Source of the DNA: Gammaproteobacteria bacterium
GTDB taxonomy: Bacteria > Pseudomonadota > Gammaproteobacteria > QZLD01
Assembly (NCBI GenBank): GCA_004796365.1
Contig: QZLE01000189.1
Span: forward strand, 12,471 to 76,470
Direction of reading: 5' to 3'
DNA length: 64,000 nt
Position numbers and translations under genes: made by a program. How positions within the stretch are numbered: position 1 is the first letter of the stretch; the number at the start of each line of letters is the position of its first letter. Below are positions 39,868 through 48,704 of the stretch, one piece after another. Under the pieces are notes generated by a model. That model saw only the letters and a program-made list of their open reading frames with translations, was not told where the DNA came from and made no database searches.

Positions 39868-41067
39868 CTACTCTGTTTCCTGAAGTGCTGCATCCAGCTT
39901 TAGCAGGTTATAAGGGTCAACTCCAAACATAAGCGGGTCTATAACACCCTTAATCTTCCTCTTAGAATCAAATTCTTCGGAAGAAAGATCGATGATTAGA
40001 TCGCCGGAAATCGGCGTTTTATTCGCATCATAGCAAATTTTAACTATCGGCTTTAATGGGTGCTCTTTGTTTAGCTCAATAACTACACCGCGCTCACCTG
40101 ATGCTAGTTCAACAGCACTGCTTACCGGATACACCCCAAGCAATTTAATTAACTGCGTCAAAATTGCTGTATCAATATCCCCTTCTTGAGCCTGTTTATA
40201 CATGAGCTGCAATGCGGCATATGGCGTACGTTGATTATTTCCCTTAATACCGTGGGTAAGGCTGTCGTATATATCAACAATTGTTATTAGTTTGCCCATG
40301 TTGGCGTATACAGTGTCGTCATGACTTGGCGGAAGATGATGGCTCTCTTCGTAGATATAATACTCCTTTAGAATGTCAATTACATTTTGCGGGAGTTCTT
40401 TAATCTTTTCGATAATAGATAGTCCGTAATGAGCATGTTGTCGCGCTAGTTTAAGTTCTTTTTCTGTATAGTTGCCTGATTTTTCAGGAAGGTAGGTTGG
40501 TAGTCTACTCCAGCCTATATCGTGTAGCAGAGCAGATAAACCTAATGAAAATAGATTGTTGCCATCAAAGTGCATTCTGTGTCCAATTGCTGTTACTATG
40601 CTGAGCACACTAAATATATGCGATAAAAATTTATCGCTGTTTCTATGCATATGCAGAATAGTTAGCAGGGCATAATTGTTTTCACGGATGCTTTCGAATG
40701 TTTTATCTAGTACTGGCGCAAGATCATTAATAGCAATTTCGTCGGAATGGGTATTGTTATAAAAATTCTCTATTGCAGTCTTGGATTCGTTAAAAACCTT
40801 TTCCGCAACTTTGATATCTTGCTTAAGATTGGTGAAGCGTTTTTTGGCATTTAGAGATGTTTCAGCGTGTGTATCAGGCTCAGGAACAGGTTGTTGCGTT
40901 AGATCAATTATAACTCGTGTTATACCTGACTTTTTGAGTCTCTGAACATCTTCCTGGTTTTTTGCATGAAAATTTCTGAATAACAGGTCTATCGATTTGT
41001 CTGATGTGAAGACTTTATTGATTAGCATCCCAGGTTTTAAGTCTTCTATACTGATCTCTTTCAACAT
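39868..41067 (-). CDS. HD-domain protein of the DUF3391 + HD-GYP architecture, with degenerate GYP region
   Basis: N-terminus MLKEISIEDLKPGMLINK (DUF3391-like), LHDIGW (HD), QHAHYG, DIYDSLTH, C-terminal LGVYPVSSAVELASGERGVVIE. The expected HHE..DGSGYP segment reads SHHLPPSHDD. Confidence 0.75.
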   Translation of the reverse strand: MLKEISIEDLKPGMLINKVFTSDKSIDLLFRNFHAKNQEDVQRLKKSGITRVIIDLTQQPVPEPDTHAETSLNAKKRFTNLKQDIKVAEKVFNESKTAIENFYNNTHSDEIAINDLAPVLDKTFESIRENNYALLTILHMHRNSDKFLSHIFSVLSIVTAIGHRMHFDGNNLFSLGLSALLHDIGWSRLPTYLPEKSGNYTEKELKLARQHAHYGLSIIEKIKELPQNVIDILKEYYIYEESHHLPPSHDDTVYANMGKLITIVDIYDSLTHGIKGNNQRTPYAALQLMYKQAQEGDIDTAILTQLIKLLGVYPVSSAVELASGERGVVIELNKEHPLKPIVKICYDANKTPISGDLIIDLSSEEFDSKRKIKGVIDPLMFGVDPYNLLKLDAALQETE

Positions 41068-41116
41068 AAATTAATCCATTTAAATTTTTGCCGTGCGTTT
41101 CAAAATCCGCAGTCAA

Positions 41117-41164
41117 AATATCATGTTAGCTAAATCGCATGTTACAGAATAAAAACATGATATT
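41117..41164. promoter_or_regulatory. CATGTT-motif repeat cluster in the divergent intergenic region (candidate operator)
   Basis: AATATCATGTT (41117-41127) and AACATGATATT (41154-41164) form an 11-bp perfect inverted repeat. A further direct CATGTTA copy sits at about 41138. Confidence 0.3.
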
Positions 41165-41325
41165 ACACAGCTATATATAATACTATATGTGGACCTGATA
41201 AGTATTGAGTTTTAAAAAACATATTTTGTAATATTTTTGGATTAGTAGTCAACCGATAGCTATGCAAAACGTTATATGGATATAGAAGTTAAAATTATGA
41301 CAAATAGTTGTAAAAGGTGAATGAA

Positions 41326-42072
41326 ATGAAAAACGGTTTTATAGTCTCTGCTTTTACTGTGCTTGCTATTGCGCTGGCTCCGGCAGTTTCTTTGGCTGAA
41401 GGTACAGGTATGCGCTTCCACGGCAAAGAGGTTCTGTTTTCTCTGCTTGATTCAGATGATGATGGGAAGTTAAGCTACGAAGAATATCAATCAGCAGCAA
41501 AGAAGTTTCTAAAGAAACGTAGAGCTGGTTATATGGAACGCATGGATGTTGATAAAGATAATTCAATCTCGCTAAATGAGTTCAAACACTGGCATGAAAA
41601 TATAATGGACTCTCGCAAAAAAGGTAAGGGCGGGAATAAAGAGGGAGATAAAAAACAAGGCAAGCATGGCCGCAAAAACGATCCTGGCAAAAGATTAGAG
41701 CGTTTTGATCTAAATAAAGATGGTGTTATCGAAAGAGTAGAGGCTGAAAGCGTTATGGCTAAAATGGTTGATAGAATATTTGAGCATAAGGATAGAAATA
41801 AAGATGGGGTTATTACCAAAGATGAAATGCAGCCTAAAGGTATTGATGACCGTTTTGCAGAGCATGATTTAAATAAAGATGGCAAGCTTGATCAGATAGA
41901 GATGGATCAGATTCGCGAAGAAAGAACTAAACACCGCTTTGAAAAAGACGATAAGAATAATGATGGTTATATAGACATTAATGAATTTGGGCAAAATAGA
42001 GGAAAACATGGTAGAAGGGGAGGGCCTCGTGAAGAAGGTATGCATATGAAAGGAATGGAAAATAATTACTGA
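41326..42072 (+). CDS. exported multi-EF-hand calcium-binding protein
   Basis: ORF 41317..42072; ATG 41326. Signal peptide ...ALAPAVSLA. Six EF-hand loops: DSDDDGKLSYEE, DVDKDNSISLNE, DLNKDGVIERVE, DRNKDGVITKDE, DLNKDGKLDQIE, DKNNDGYIDINE. Confidence 0.8.
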   Translation: MKNGFIVSAFTVLAIALAPAVSLAEGTGMRFHGKEVLFSLLDSDDDGKLSYEEYQSAAKKFLKKRRAGYMERMDVDKDNSISLNEFKHWHENIMDSRKKGKGGNKEGDKKQGKHGRKNDPGKRLERFDLNKDGVIERVEAESVMAKMVDRIFEHKDRNKDGVITKDEMQPKGIDDRFAEHDLNKDGKLDQIEMDQIREERTKHRFEKDDKNNDGYIDINEFGQNRGKHGRRGGPREEGMHMKGMENNY

Positions 42073-42093
42073 TAATTAATGGGAAAAATCTAC

Positions 42094-42137
42094 GGGGTTA
42101 GAGTCGCCGATATGAAAAACAGCCGACTACTGACCCC
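42094..42137. terminator. long imperfect hairpin between convergent genes
   Basis: GGGGTTAGAGTCG ... CGACTACTGACCCC: about 13-bp stem with one mismatch and one bulge, 17-nt loop. Confidence 0.4.
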
Positions 42138-42161
42138 AAGTGATTAATTTTGGATATTACG

Positions 42162-42941
42162 TCATCTCCTAAACATGAACCTTTCGACATTGCTCCATGC
42201 CTTTTTAGCAGCCTTTTCATTGTAACCGATTGTTCCAATAACATACGGCTTTTTTTCCGGGTAACCAACAAAATCAAATGCATGTCTCCCGCCAGGAATT
42301 ACCCTAAATTTAACCTTTGAAGCATCCGGAGAATTATCTATTAGAGTACGGCAGTTCATAAATGGTGTTACGTCATCTAATGATCCAGACTGTATTAGAA
42401 TAGGAACATGAGACTGCCATTTTTGTTTTTTGCTGCACATAGGATAATAGGCAATAGCCTTTTTAAAGATATCTTTGGAAACATCCTGATTAACTGTTTG
42501 TAGAGTAATTATACCGCCAAATGACCAGCCATGAAGGTTAATTTCATTCTGTTTAATGTACGCTAGAGTTTTAAGGTACTTCGCGGTAAGCATAACTTCT
42601 TGGACAACCTCGCGCGCATCGACATCCATACAGCTTGACTTATTCGGTCTGCTGGCATAAAAGTCATACATCATAACCGCATAACCTTTTGCAACAAATT
42701 TGTCTGCGATTGTGTTGTAGTGTTTCCAGGCGATATCTGTCCACTTGTATCCGCTGCAGCCTGAGACAAATATTATGGCCGGGAAAGGGCCATCTCCTTG
42801 GGGCTTTTTGATCTGAAAGTTTTTTTCTATGAAATCAAAATAATTGGAATTTGATTCTGCAGCATTTAATGCCGAAGCTGAAACAGTAAGTGTTAATAAG
42901 AAGAGTAGTCTAGCCGCGGCACTCAGTATGATATTGTCCAT
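42162..42941 (-). CDS. exported alpha/beta hydrolase, dienelactone hydrolase-like
   Basis: Signal peptide; GPFPAIIFVSGCSG; nucleophile elbow HGWSFGG; C-terminal GGRHAF. Confidence 0.75.
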   Translation of the reverse strand: MDNIILSAAARLLFLLTLTVSASALNAAESNSNYFDFIEKNFQIKKPQGDGPFPAIIFVSGCSGYKWTDIAWKHYNTIADKFVAKGYAVMMYDFYASRPNKSSCMDVDAREVVQEVMLTAKYLKTLAYIKQNEINLHGWSFGGIITLQTVNQDVSKDIFKKAIAYYPMCSKKQKWQSHVPILIQSGSLDDVTPFMNCRTLIDNSPDASKVKFRVIPGGRHAFDFVGYPEKKPYVIGTIGYNEKAAKKAWSNVERFMFRR

Positions 42942-43216
42942 GATATTTCCTTGTAAGTGTATATTTCTTAGGAATTTGTATTATCTGTAATATTAGCATT
43001 GCACACCTACAGTAAAAGTATACTGTTTTAGTAAAATACCGTTCATAAATTTCGTGAATATTAGGAGTAAATATACTTATCAGATCGATTAAATAGCATT
43101 TTTAGCATGAAACTCGTCTCTTATTCCGATCAGCAGAGCAATTAATATTCAATAGTGGTATTATGCGAATCCTTACCTGTTATACCCAAATTGAGTGCTT
43201 TTTTAGAGAAACTGAC

Positions 43217-44278
43217 ATGACTGATCCAAGCAAAAAAATCATCGATGTATCCGATAGAATCCCTGAGTTTTATGTTCCACCTGCAAAGCCTGAGGTTTTG
43301 ACTGAAGAGGAAAGGCTTTTTTATAGTAATAAGATCAAAAAACAGCTAAAGGAGCAGGATGCGGTAATTGTGGCTCATTTTTACACCCATCCTAATTTGC
43401 AGCGATTAGCTGATGAAACTGGCGGATTCGTTGCTGATTCGTTAGAAATGGCGCGGTTAGGAAAAGAGCATTCGGCTAAAACGCTTGTTGTACTAGGCGT
43501 TAAATTTATGGGTGAGACCTCAAAAATTCTAAGCCCTGAGAAAAGAGTGATAATGCCTGATCTAAATGCAGAGTGTTCACTAGATCTATCTTGCCCGGCA
43601 GATGCATTTTCCGACTTTTGCGATGAATACTCTGATAGAACGGTTGTAGTATACGCTAATACTAGTGCTGCAGTTAAGGCTAGATCCGACTGGGTAGTTA
43701 CATCCAGTATTGCCCTTGAAATTGTAAAGCATCTACATGACAAGGGGGAAAAAATTGTCTGGGGGCCGGATAAGCACCTTGGTGCATATATTGAGAAAAT
43801 GACCGGTGTCGATATGGTTAAATGGCAAGGTTCATGTATTGTGCATGAAGAGTTTAAGGCTATTCAACTAAAGCAATTAATGGAGCAAAATCCTGATGCT
43901 AAGGTGCTTGTGCATCCAGAATCTCCTATGGCCGTTATTGAGCTTGGTGATGTTGTTGGCTCTACCTCGCAACTGTTAAAAGCCGTTAAGGATCTTGGGG
44001 CTGAAAAGTATATTGTTGCAACTGAAAGCGGGATCTTCTACCGCATGCAGCAGGCGCTAGAAGAGGTTGAATTAATCCCGGCGCCATCTACAGTTGAGGA
44101 AGGTTTTAAACGTCCGGCGCACGCACTTTGTCCTTGGATGGCCATGAATGGTCTGAAGAACCTTTCTGAGGTATTAGAATCTGGCGCCAATGAGATTTTT
44201 GTTCCAGATGATATTCGCGAGAAGGCGTTTAAGCCAATTCAGAGGATGCTGGATTTTTCTGTAAATTTAAGTAAGTAG
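43217..44278 (+). CDS. nadA: quinolinate synthase
   Basis: ORF 43163..44278; ATG 43217 (MTDPSKK). [51 protein letters not shown] match E. coli NadA from memory. Confidence 0.95.
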   Translation: MTDPSKKIIDVSDRIPEFYVPPAKPEVLTEEERLFYSNKIKKQLKEQDAVIVAHFYTHPNLQRLADETGGFVADSLEMARLGKEHSAKTLVVLGVKFMGETSKILSPEKRVIMPDLNAECSLDLSCPADAFSDFCDEYSDRTVVVYANTSAAVKARSDWVVTSSIALEIVKHLHDKGEKIVWGPDKHLGAYIEKMTGVDMVKWQGSCIVHEEFKAIQLKQLMEQNPDAKVLVHPESPMAVIELGDVVGSTSQLLKAVKDLGAEKYIVATESGIFYRMQQALEEVELIPAPSTVEEGFKRPAHALCPWMAMNGLKNLSEVLESGANEIFVPDDIREKAFKPIQRMLDFSVNLSK

Positions 44279-44516
44279 TAATCCAGTAATGTTTTGAGAA
44301 TAATTCCTTTGATGGTTTGATTTGCATCCATGCTCAATCAAACCTTGTTTGTACATCCCTATACAGATTACGAAATTATTGTCTGAAAACTTTTCTGTGC
44401 TTTTAAATGATCTTGGCTTAAGAATAAGGGCGAATTGTATTGAATTAGTAGATGTAATTCATGAATTACCCATATGGATACCAACCTTCGCCTGTATGAC
44501 GCAATTGAGTAAAATT

Positions 44517-45965
44517 ATGATTCTTGTTATTAAAGTCTTTCCTGAAATTATCACCAAAAGCCGCTCGGTTCGTAAGAACTTTATTGGTATCTTGCGGAGA
44601 AATCTGCGAACAATCCTGGCTCGTATTGATGATGGAATAACTGTTCAGGCCTTTTGGGATAAGATCGAAGTCTCTGTTCCTGAAGATTCTCCGCATAAAC
44701 AGTATATACTTGCAGCGGTTCAAAAAATTCCCGGTATAGATACAGTATTAGTTGTTGATAAATTCGAGTTTGACACCAAAGAAGATATTGAAAAGATTGT
44801 CGAACTAAACTGCTGCGAGCGGGTTCAAAACAAGTCTTTTGTCGTTCGCGTAAAGCGTAGTGGAAAACACTCTTTTAAATCGCTCGAATTGGAACGGTCA
44901 TGCGGTGGAGTACTGCTGCGTAATGTTCCTACCTGTAGTGTTGATTTGCATAATCCCGATGAGATGATCTCGATGGAGATTAAAGATAACTACGTTTTTC
45001 TGATTTCACAGCGCATTAAAGGCCTGGGAGGTTTTCCGCTTGGAACTCAAAGCGATGTAGTTTCCCTTATATCTGGCGGTTTTGACTCAACAGTTGCTAC
45101 TTACCAAACTATTCGTCGCGGTATTAAAGCTCACTATCTGTTTTTTAGTCTCGGAGGTAAGGCTCATGAAGCTGGAGTAAAGCAGGTTTCTCAATATATT
45201 TGGGAGAACTACAGCAGTTCCCACAAAGTTAAGTTTATCACTATTCCATTTGAAGAGGTTATTGGTGAGATCCTGGCCAAGGTAAAGAATTCATATATGG
45301 GCGTTGTTTTAAAAAGGATGATGTTACGCGCTGCAACAAAGGTTGCCGAAAAAATGGAAATTGATGCCTTGATAACAGGAGAGAGTGTAGCTCAGGTTTC
45401 CAGCCAAACAATTCGTAACTTAGCGGTTATTGACAGAGTTACTGAAAAGCTTGTGCTAAGACCAATTGCGACCATGGATAAGAACGATATTATCGATATT
45501 GCACGCGAAATTGGTACTGAAGATTTTGTTAAAAATATTCCTGAGTACTGTGGAGTAATATCAGACAAGCCTACAGTTAAGGCGGATTTTGCAAAATGCG
45601 ATGAAGTAGAACAAGAGTTCGATTTTTCGATTTTAGATAAAGCTATTGAAGCAGCTAATGTTGAATCAATTGATAAAGTTTTAAGTGTTAGCGATTCAAA
45701 ACTTACCAGTGCATCAATTGTTTCTATACCGGAAAAAGGGCAGGTTATAGTTGATCTGCGTCACCCGATTGAGGAAGATGATAAACTGGAATTCCCGAAT
45801 AACGATGTTATCGAGATTCCATTTTATGCTGTTGAAAAGCATTTTCCCGAGCTAGATCAGGGCAAAGAGTATCTATTCTATTGCGATAAGGGTGTGATGA
45901 GCGAGATGCATGCTTCAAATTTGGTAGATGCAGGGTATCGCAATATACGCGTTATAAAGTTTTAA
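44517..45965 (+). CDS. thiI: tRNA 4-thiouridine synthase ThiI with C-terminal rhodanese domain
   Basis: ORF 44322..45965. ATG 44517 gives MILVIKVFPEIITKSRSVRKNF, aligning with the E. coli MKFIIKLFPEITIKSQSVR N-terminus (ATG 44496 is the alternative). PP-loop SLISGGFDS. Rhodanese Cys in LFYCDKG. Confidence 0.9.
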   Translation: MILVIKVFPEIITKSRSVRKNFIGILRRNLRTILARIDDGITVQAFWDKIEVSVPEDSPHKQYILAAVQKIPGIDTVLVVDKFEFDTKEDIEKIVELNCCERVQNKSFVVRVKRSGKHSFKSLELERSCGGVLLRNVPTCSVDLHNPDEMISMEIKDNYVFLISQRIKGLGGFPLGTQSDVVSLISGGFDSTVATYQTIRRGIKAHYLFFSLGGKAHEAGVKQVSQYIWENYSSSHKVKFITIPFEEVIGEILAKVKNSYMGVVLKRMMLRAATKVAEKMEIDALITGESVAQVSSQTIRNLAVIDRVTEKLVLRPIATMDKNDIIDIAREIGTEDFVKNIPEYCGVISDKPTVKADFAKCDEVEQEFDFSILDKAIEAANVESIDKVLSVSDSKLTSASIVSIPEKGQVIVDLRHPIEEDDKLEFPNNDVIEIPFYAVEKHFPELDQGKEYLFYCDKGVMSEMHASNLVDAGYRNIRVIKF

Positions 45966-46074
45966 GTATTTTGGGTAATTTATGAATCCTCTTTCTGCAT
46001 AACCTGTCATATAGGCAGAGGCTTTATCCAGCCTTTTCCTTAAGGTTTGTTATGCAGTAAGATAAGCTAAATTT

Positions 46075-46425
46075 TTATAATATATCTAGAACATTTTCTG
46101 GTGGCCTGCCAAGGGCAACTTTACCATCAGAGGTGATAACAATAGGTCTTTCAATCAGTCTTGGGTATTTGATCATAGCTCTAATAAGCTCTTCATTAGT
46201 CAAGGTGCTATCGTCAAGATTATTTTCCTTGTACTCGGTTTCTTTCTTACGCATTAGATCGCGAGGCTTTAGATTGAGTGTTTTCAGAACATATTGAAGC
46301 TCATCAGCGGAAGGGGGCGAGTTTAGATATTCAATTATTTCCGGTTCGTAATCATGATCCAAAAGTAGCTGAAGTGTTTGTCTCGATTTAGAGCATCTAG
46401 GGTTGTGATAAATTTTAATGTTCAT
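46075..46425 (-). CDS. arsC: arsenate reductase, glutaredoxin-dependent ArsC family
   Basis: MNIKIYHNPRCSKSRQTLQLL...IERPIVIT...PPENVLDIL is collinear with E. coli ArsC as recalled; the catalytic Cys is in HNPRCSKSR. Confidence 0.85.
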   Translation of the reverse strand: MNIKIYHNPRCSKSRQTLQLLLDHDYEPEIIEYLNSPPSADELQYVLKTLNLKPRDLMRKKETEYKENNLDDSTLTNEELIRAMIKYPRLIERPIVITSDGKVALGRPPENVLDIL

Positions 46426-46587
46426 TTTTAAGCCTATGAAAAAATGGGGAAAATCTGTAATTAATAATTGTGAATCTTTTTAATGCCGACATTGATCCCT
46501 AACAGTTGCCAACTATACTTAAATCTATCAGCGCTTGTTATATTTGAAAATTAGGATTACAAAAACATTAGCAGAAAAAGGAATTCT

Positions 46588-48630
46588 ATGAAGATTTTAA
46601 ATAATATGAAACTTGGCATTAAACTGTCAATTCCTAATATCATGCAGGTTATTGTTTTGATAGTTGTATTTGTAATTTACTTTCAGATACACGGTGTGAT
46701 CGTGCATCATGAAGAGCAGGCTAAATCAAGATATGCTCTTGATGCTAGCGTCCAGGAAATTGATGACTCGATTTCAAGTTATATAGCTAATCATCTCACT
46801 TTTTCTGAGATGATGAACATCTTCAAAAAAGATTCTGAGTTTATATTAAGCAGCGAACTTCTTCGTGGTCACGAGGAAATAACTTCAGAACTCACACATA
46901 TAGAAGAAGATCTGCACAAGATTCATGTGCTGTTGGATGAGTCGCATGAGCTTGAAGTTAAAGTTTCCGGACTTATTAATGAATCGGTATCAAAATCTGA
47001 TACCTACCTAGCAGAAATTAGCAAACGCTTAGTTGATTCTGTTGCTCGTAATGAAGTTTCCGACCTGGAAAGGGCAGTTATTGCCGGGGCTTCAGTTAAC
47101 ACTACGTCCAACTTAAAAGCAAATGTGTTGTTTCAAAAAATCAAGTCTGATCTGAAATATGGTGAGATTTTGTTACAGCAGCTTGATAAAGCCATAGATA
47201 ATGCAAAAAAAGATGCTGCTGCCCTTAAAGATACTCCGTTTTCTCAGCTACCGGTTGAGGCAGAAAAGGCCAATGTTAAGATTTCGGAAATGGTGGAAAA
47301 ATATATTAAAGATTTGCAATTGCTAGATTACAATAAAAAACATATTGCCAAAATGATTCAAGAGATGCGTGATTCCATAACCAGAATTAACCAGGATGCC
47401 AATCATGAGGTGTTTATGGTTGTTGAGGATGATCTTAAGATACTGATGGCTGTTTATGTTATTGCCTTAATCATGATCGCACTAGTTCTATTTGTTGTAT
47501 CTAAATCTATTTCTACGCCGGTTAAATATATTGTTTCTCAACTTCAACAGCTAGCTGGTGGTAATTACTCTGTCGAGTTCAATGTGGATCGTAAAGACGA
47601 GATTGGAGTCTTATCTTATGCCCTAAATCAAATGGTTCATAAACAGCTTGAAATTGTTCGGGAAGTTCAGAGTGTGAGTGCATTTATCACTTCTCAAATA
47701 GCTCAATTATCTGAAGGTGTTCAGTCTTTGTCTGCCGGGGCTTCTCAGCAAGCTGCAAGCGTCGAGGAAACTAGTTCCACACTTGAGCAGTCCAGTGCCT
47801 CAGTTCAACAGAATGCAGCCAACGCGAGCACTACTGAGAACATAGCTAGAGATGTCTCTACAAAAGCTGATCAGGGTGGTAAAGCAGTCGCCCAAGCCGC
47901 TAATGCAATGAAAGAGATCGCTCAAAAGATTACAATTATTGAGGAGATAGCCTACCAAACAAATTTGTTGGCCCTAAATGCTGCAATTGAGGCTGCCAGG
48001 GCTGGAGATCATGGTAGAGGATTTGCTGTAGTAGCCGCTGAGGTACGTAAGCTAGCAGCAAGATGCGAAGCTGCTGCAGGTGAGATAAGCTCATTATCTA
48101 AGAATAGTATTGCAATTTCTGATGTGTCTACAAAACAGATTCAGGACATCGTTCCTAAGGTTCAGCAAACTGCAGATCTTGTTTTTGAAATTAATGCTTC
48201 CAGTCAGGAACAGGCTTCCGGTCTTGATCAGATCACTACAGCTATGTCTCAGCTTGATAAAGTTACTCAAACAAATGCTTCCTTAGCGGAAGAGTTAGCT
48301 GCAGCTGCAGAAGCTCTTAATGAACAAGCTCTTAAGCTTTCTGAGGTTATGAGTTACTTTAAAATGGGTGATGAAAACAGTGCTAAAGCTGATTTAAAAG
48401 CCCCCTTAAAAGGTATAGATGCTGACAATGTAAGTGAAAATATAGTTCCAAAAGATGGTAAAAAGAAAAAGCAGCAGTCAATTGCTAAGAAGCTAAAGAC
48501 AAAAGTTGTAACTAAGAAAAAGAAACCGGTAAAAGAGAAGCTGGGTGCAGAAAAAGTTGCAGTTCATTCACCAAAAGAGTCAAAAATAGCTGAATCAAGA
48601 GATCTAGATGATGACTTCGAGCGCTATTAA
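46588..48630 (+). CDS. MCP: helical periplasmic sensor, HAMP, short-class signalling domain, Lys-rich C-terminal tether ending DFERY
   Basis: TM1 [19 protein letters not shown]; TM2 [59 protein letters not shown]. About 87-aa tail with [27 protein letters not shown]. Confidence 0.9.
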   Translation: MKILNNMKLGIKLSIPNIMQVIVLIVVFVIYFQIHGVIVHHEEQAKSRYALDASVQEIDDSISSYIANHLTFSEMMNIFKKDSEFILSSELLRGHEEITSELTHIEEDLHKIHVLLDESHELEVKVSGLINESVSKSDTYLAEISKRLVDSVARNEVSDLERAVIAGASVNTTSNLKANVLFQKIKSDLKYGEILLQQLDKAIDNAKKDAAALKDTPFSQLPVEAEKANVKISEMVEKYIKDLQLLDYNKKHIAKMIQEMRDSITRINQDANHEVFMVVEDDLKILMAVYVIALIMIALVLFVVSKSISTPVKYIVSQLQQLAGGNYSVEFNVDRKDEIGVLSYALNQMVHKQLEIVREVQSVSAFITSQIAQLSEGVQSLSAGASQQAASVEETSSTLEQSSASVQQNAANASTTENIARDVSTKADQGGKAVAQAANAMKEIAQKITIIEEIAYQTNLLALNAAIEAARAGDHGRGFAVVAAEVRKLAARCEAAAGEISSLSKNSIAISDVSTKQIQDIVPKVQQTADLVFEINASSQEQASGLDQITTAMSQLDKVTQTNASLAEELAAAAEALNEQALKLSEVMSYFKMGDENSAKADLKAPLKGIDADNVSENIVPKDGKKKKQQSIAKKLKTKVVTKKKKPVKEKLGAEKVAVHSPKESKIAESRDLDDDFERY

Positions 48631-48645
48631 TAGAAGAATTGCAAT

Positions 48646-48673
48646 ACTGTTCCCATGCGAGCGTGGGAACAGT
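48646..48673. repeat. GC-rich REP-like hairpin between convergent genes
   Basis: ACTGTTCCCA tgcgagcg TGGGAACAGT: 10-bp perfect stem. An extra TGGGAAC half-site lies at 48687-48693. Confidence 0.5.
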
Positions 48674-48704
48674 ATGGGGTTGAGGATGGGAACGGTAAAA
48701 AGAT

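Noticed and set aside
43009-43026. ACAGTA-n6-TACTGT inverted repeat upstream of nadA, superficially SOS-box-like
   Set aside because: The LexA box is CTGT-n8-ACAG, so the half-sites here are in the opposite order with different spacing. The arms are short (6 bp) in AT-rich DNA, consistent with chance.
44322-44516. 65-aa N-terminal extension of thiI in the ORF track
   Set aside because: The extension has no ThiI homology. MILVIKVFPEIITKSRSVR at ATG 44517 aligns with the E. coli ThiI N-terminus. The extension also covers a 9-bp-stem hairpin (GGTTTGATT...AATCAAACC, about 44315-44345) that looks like the nadA terminator.
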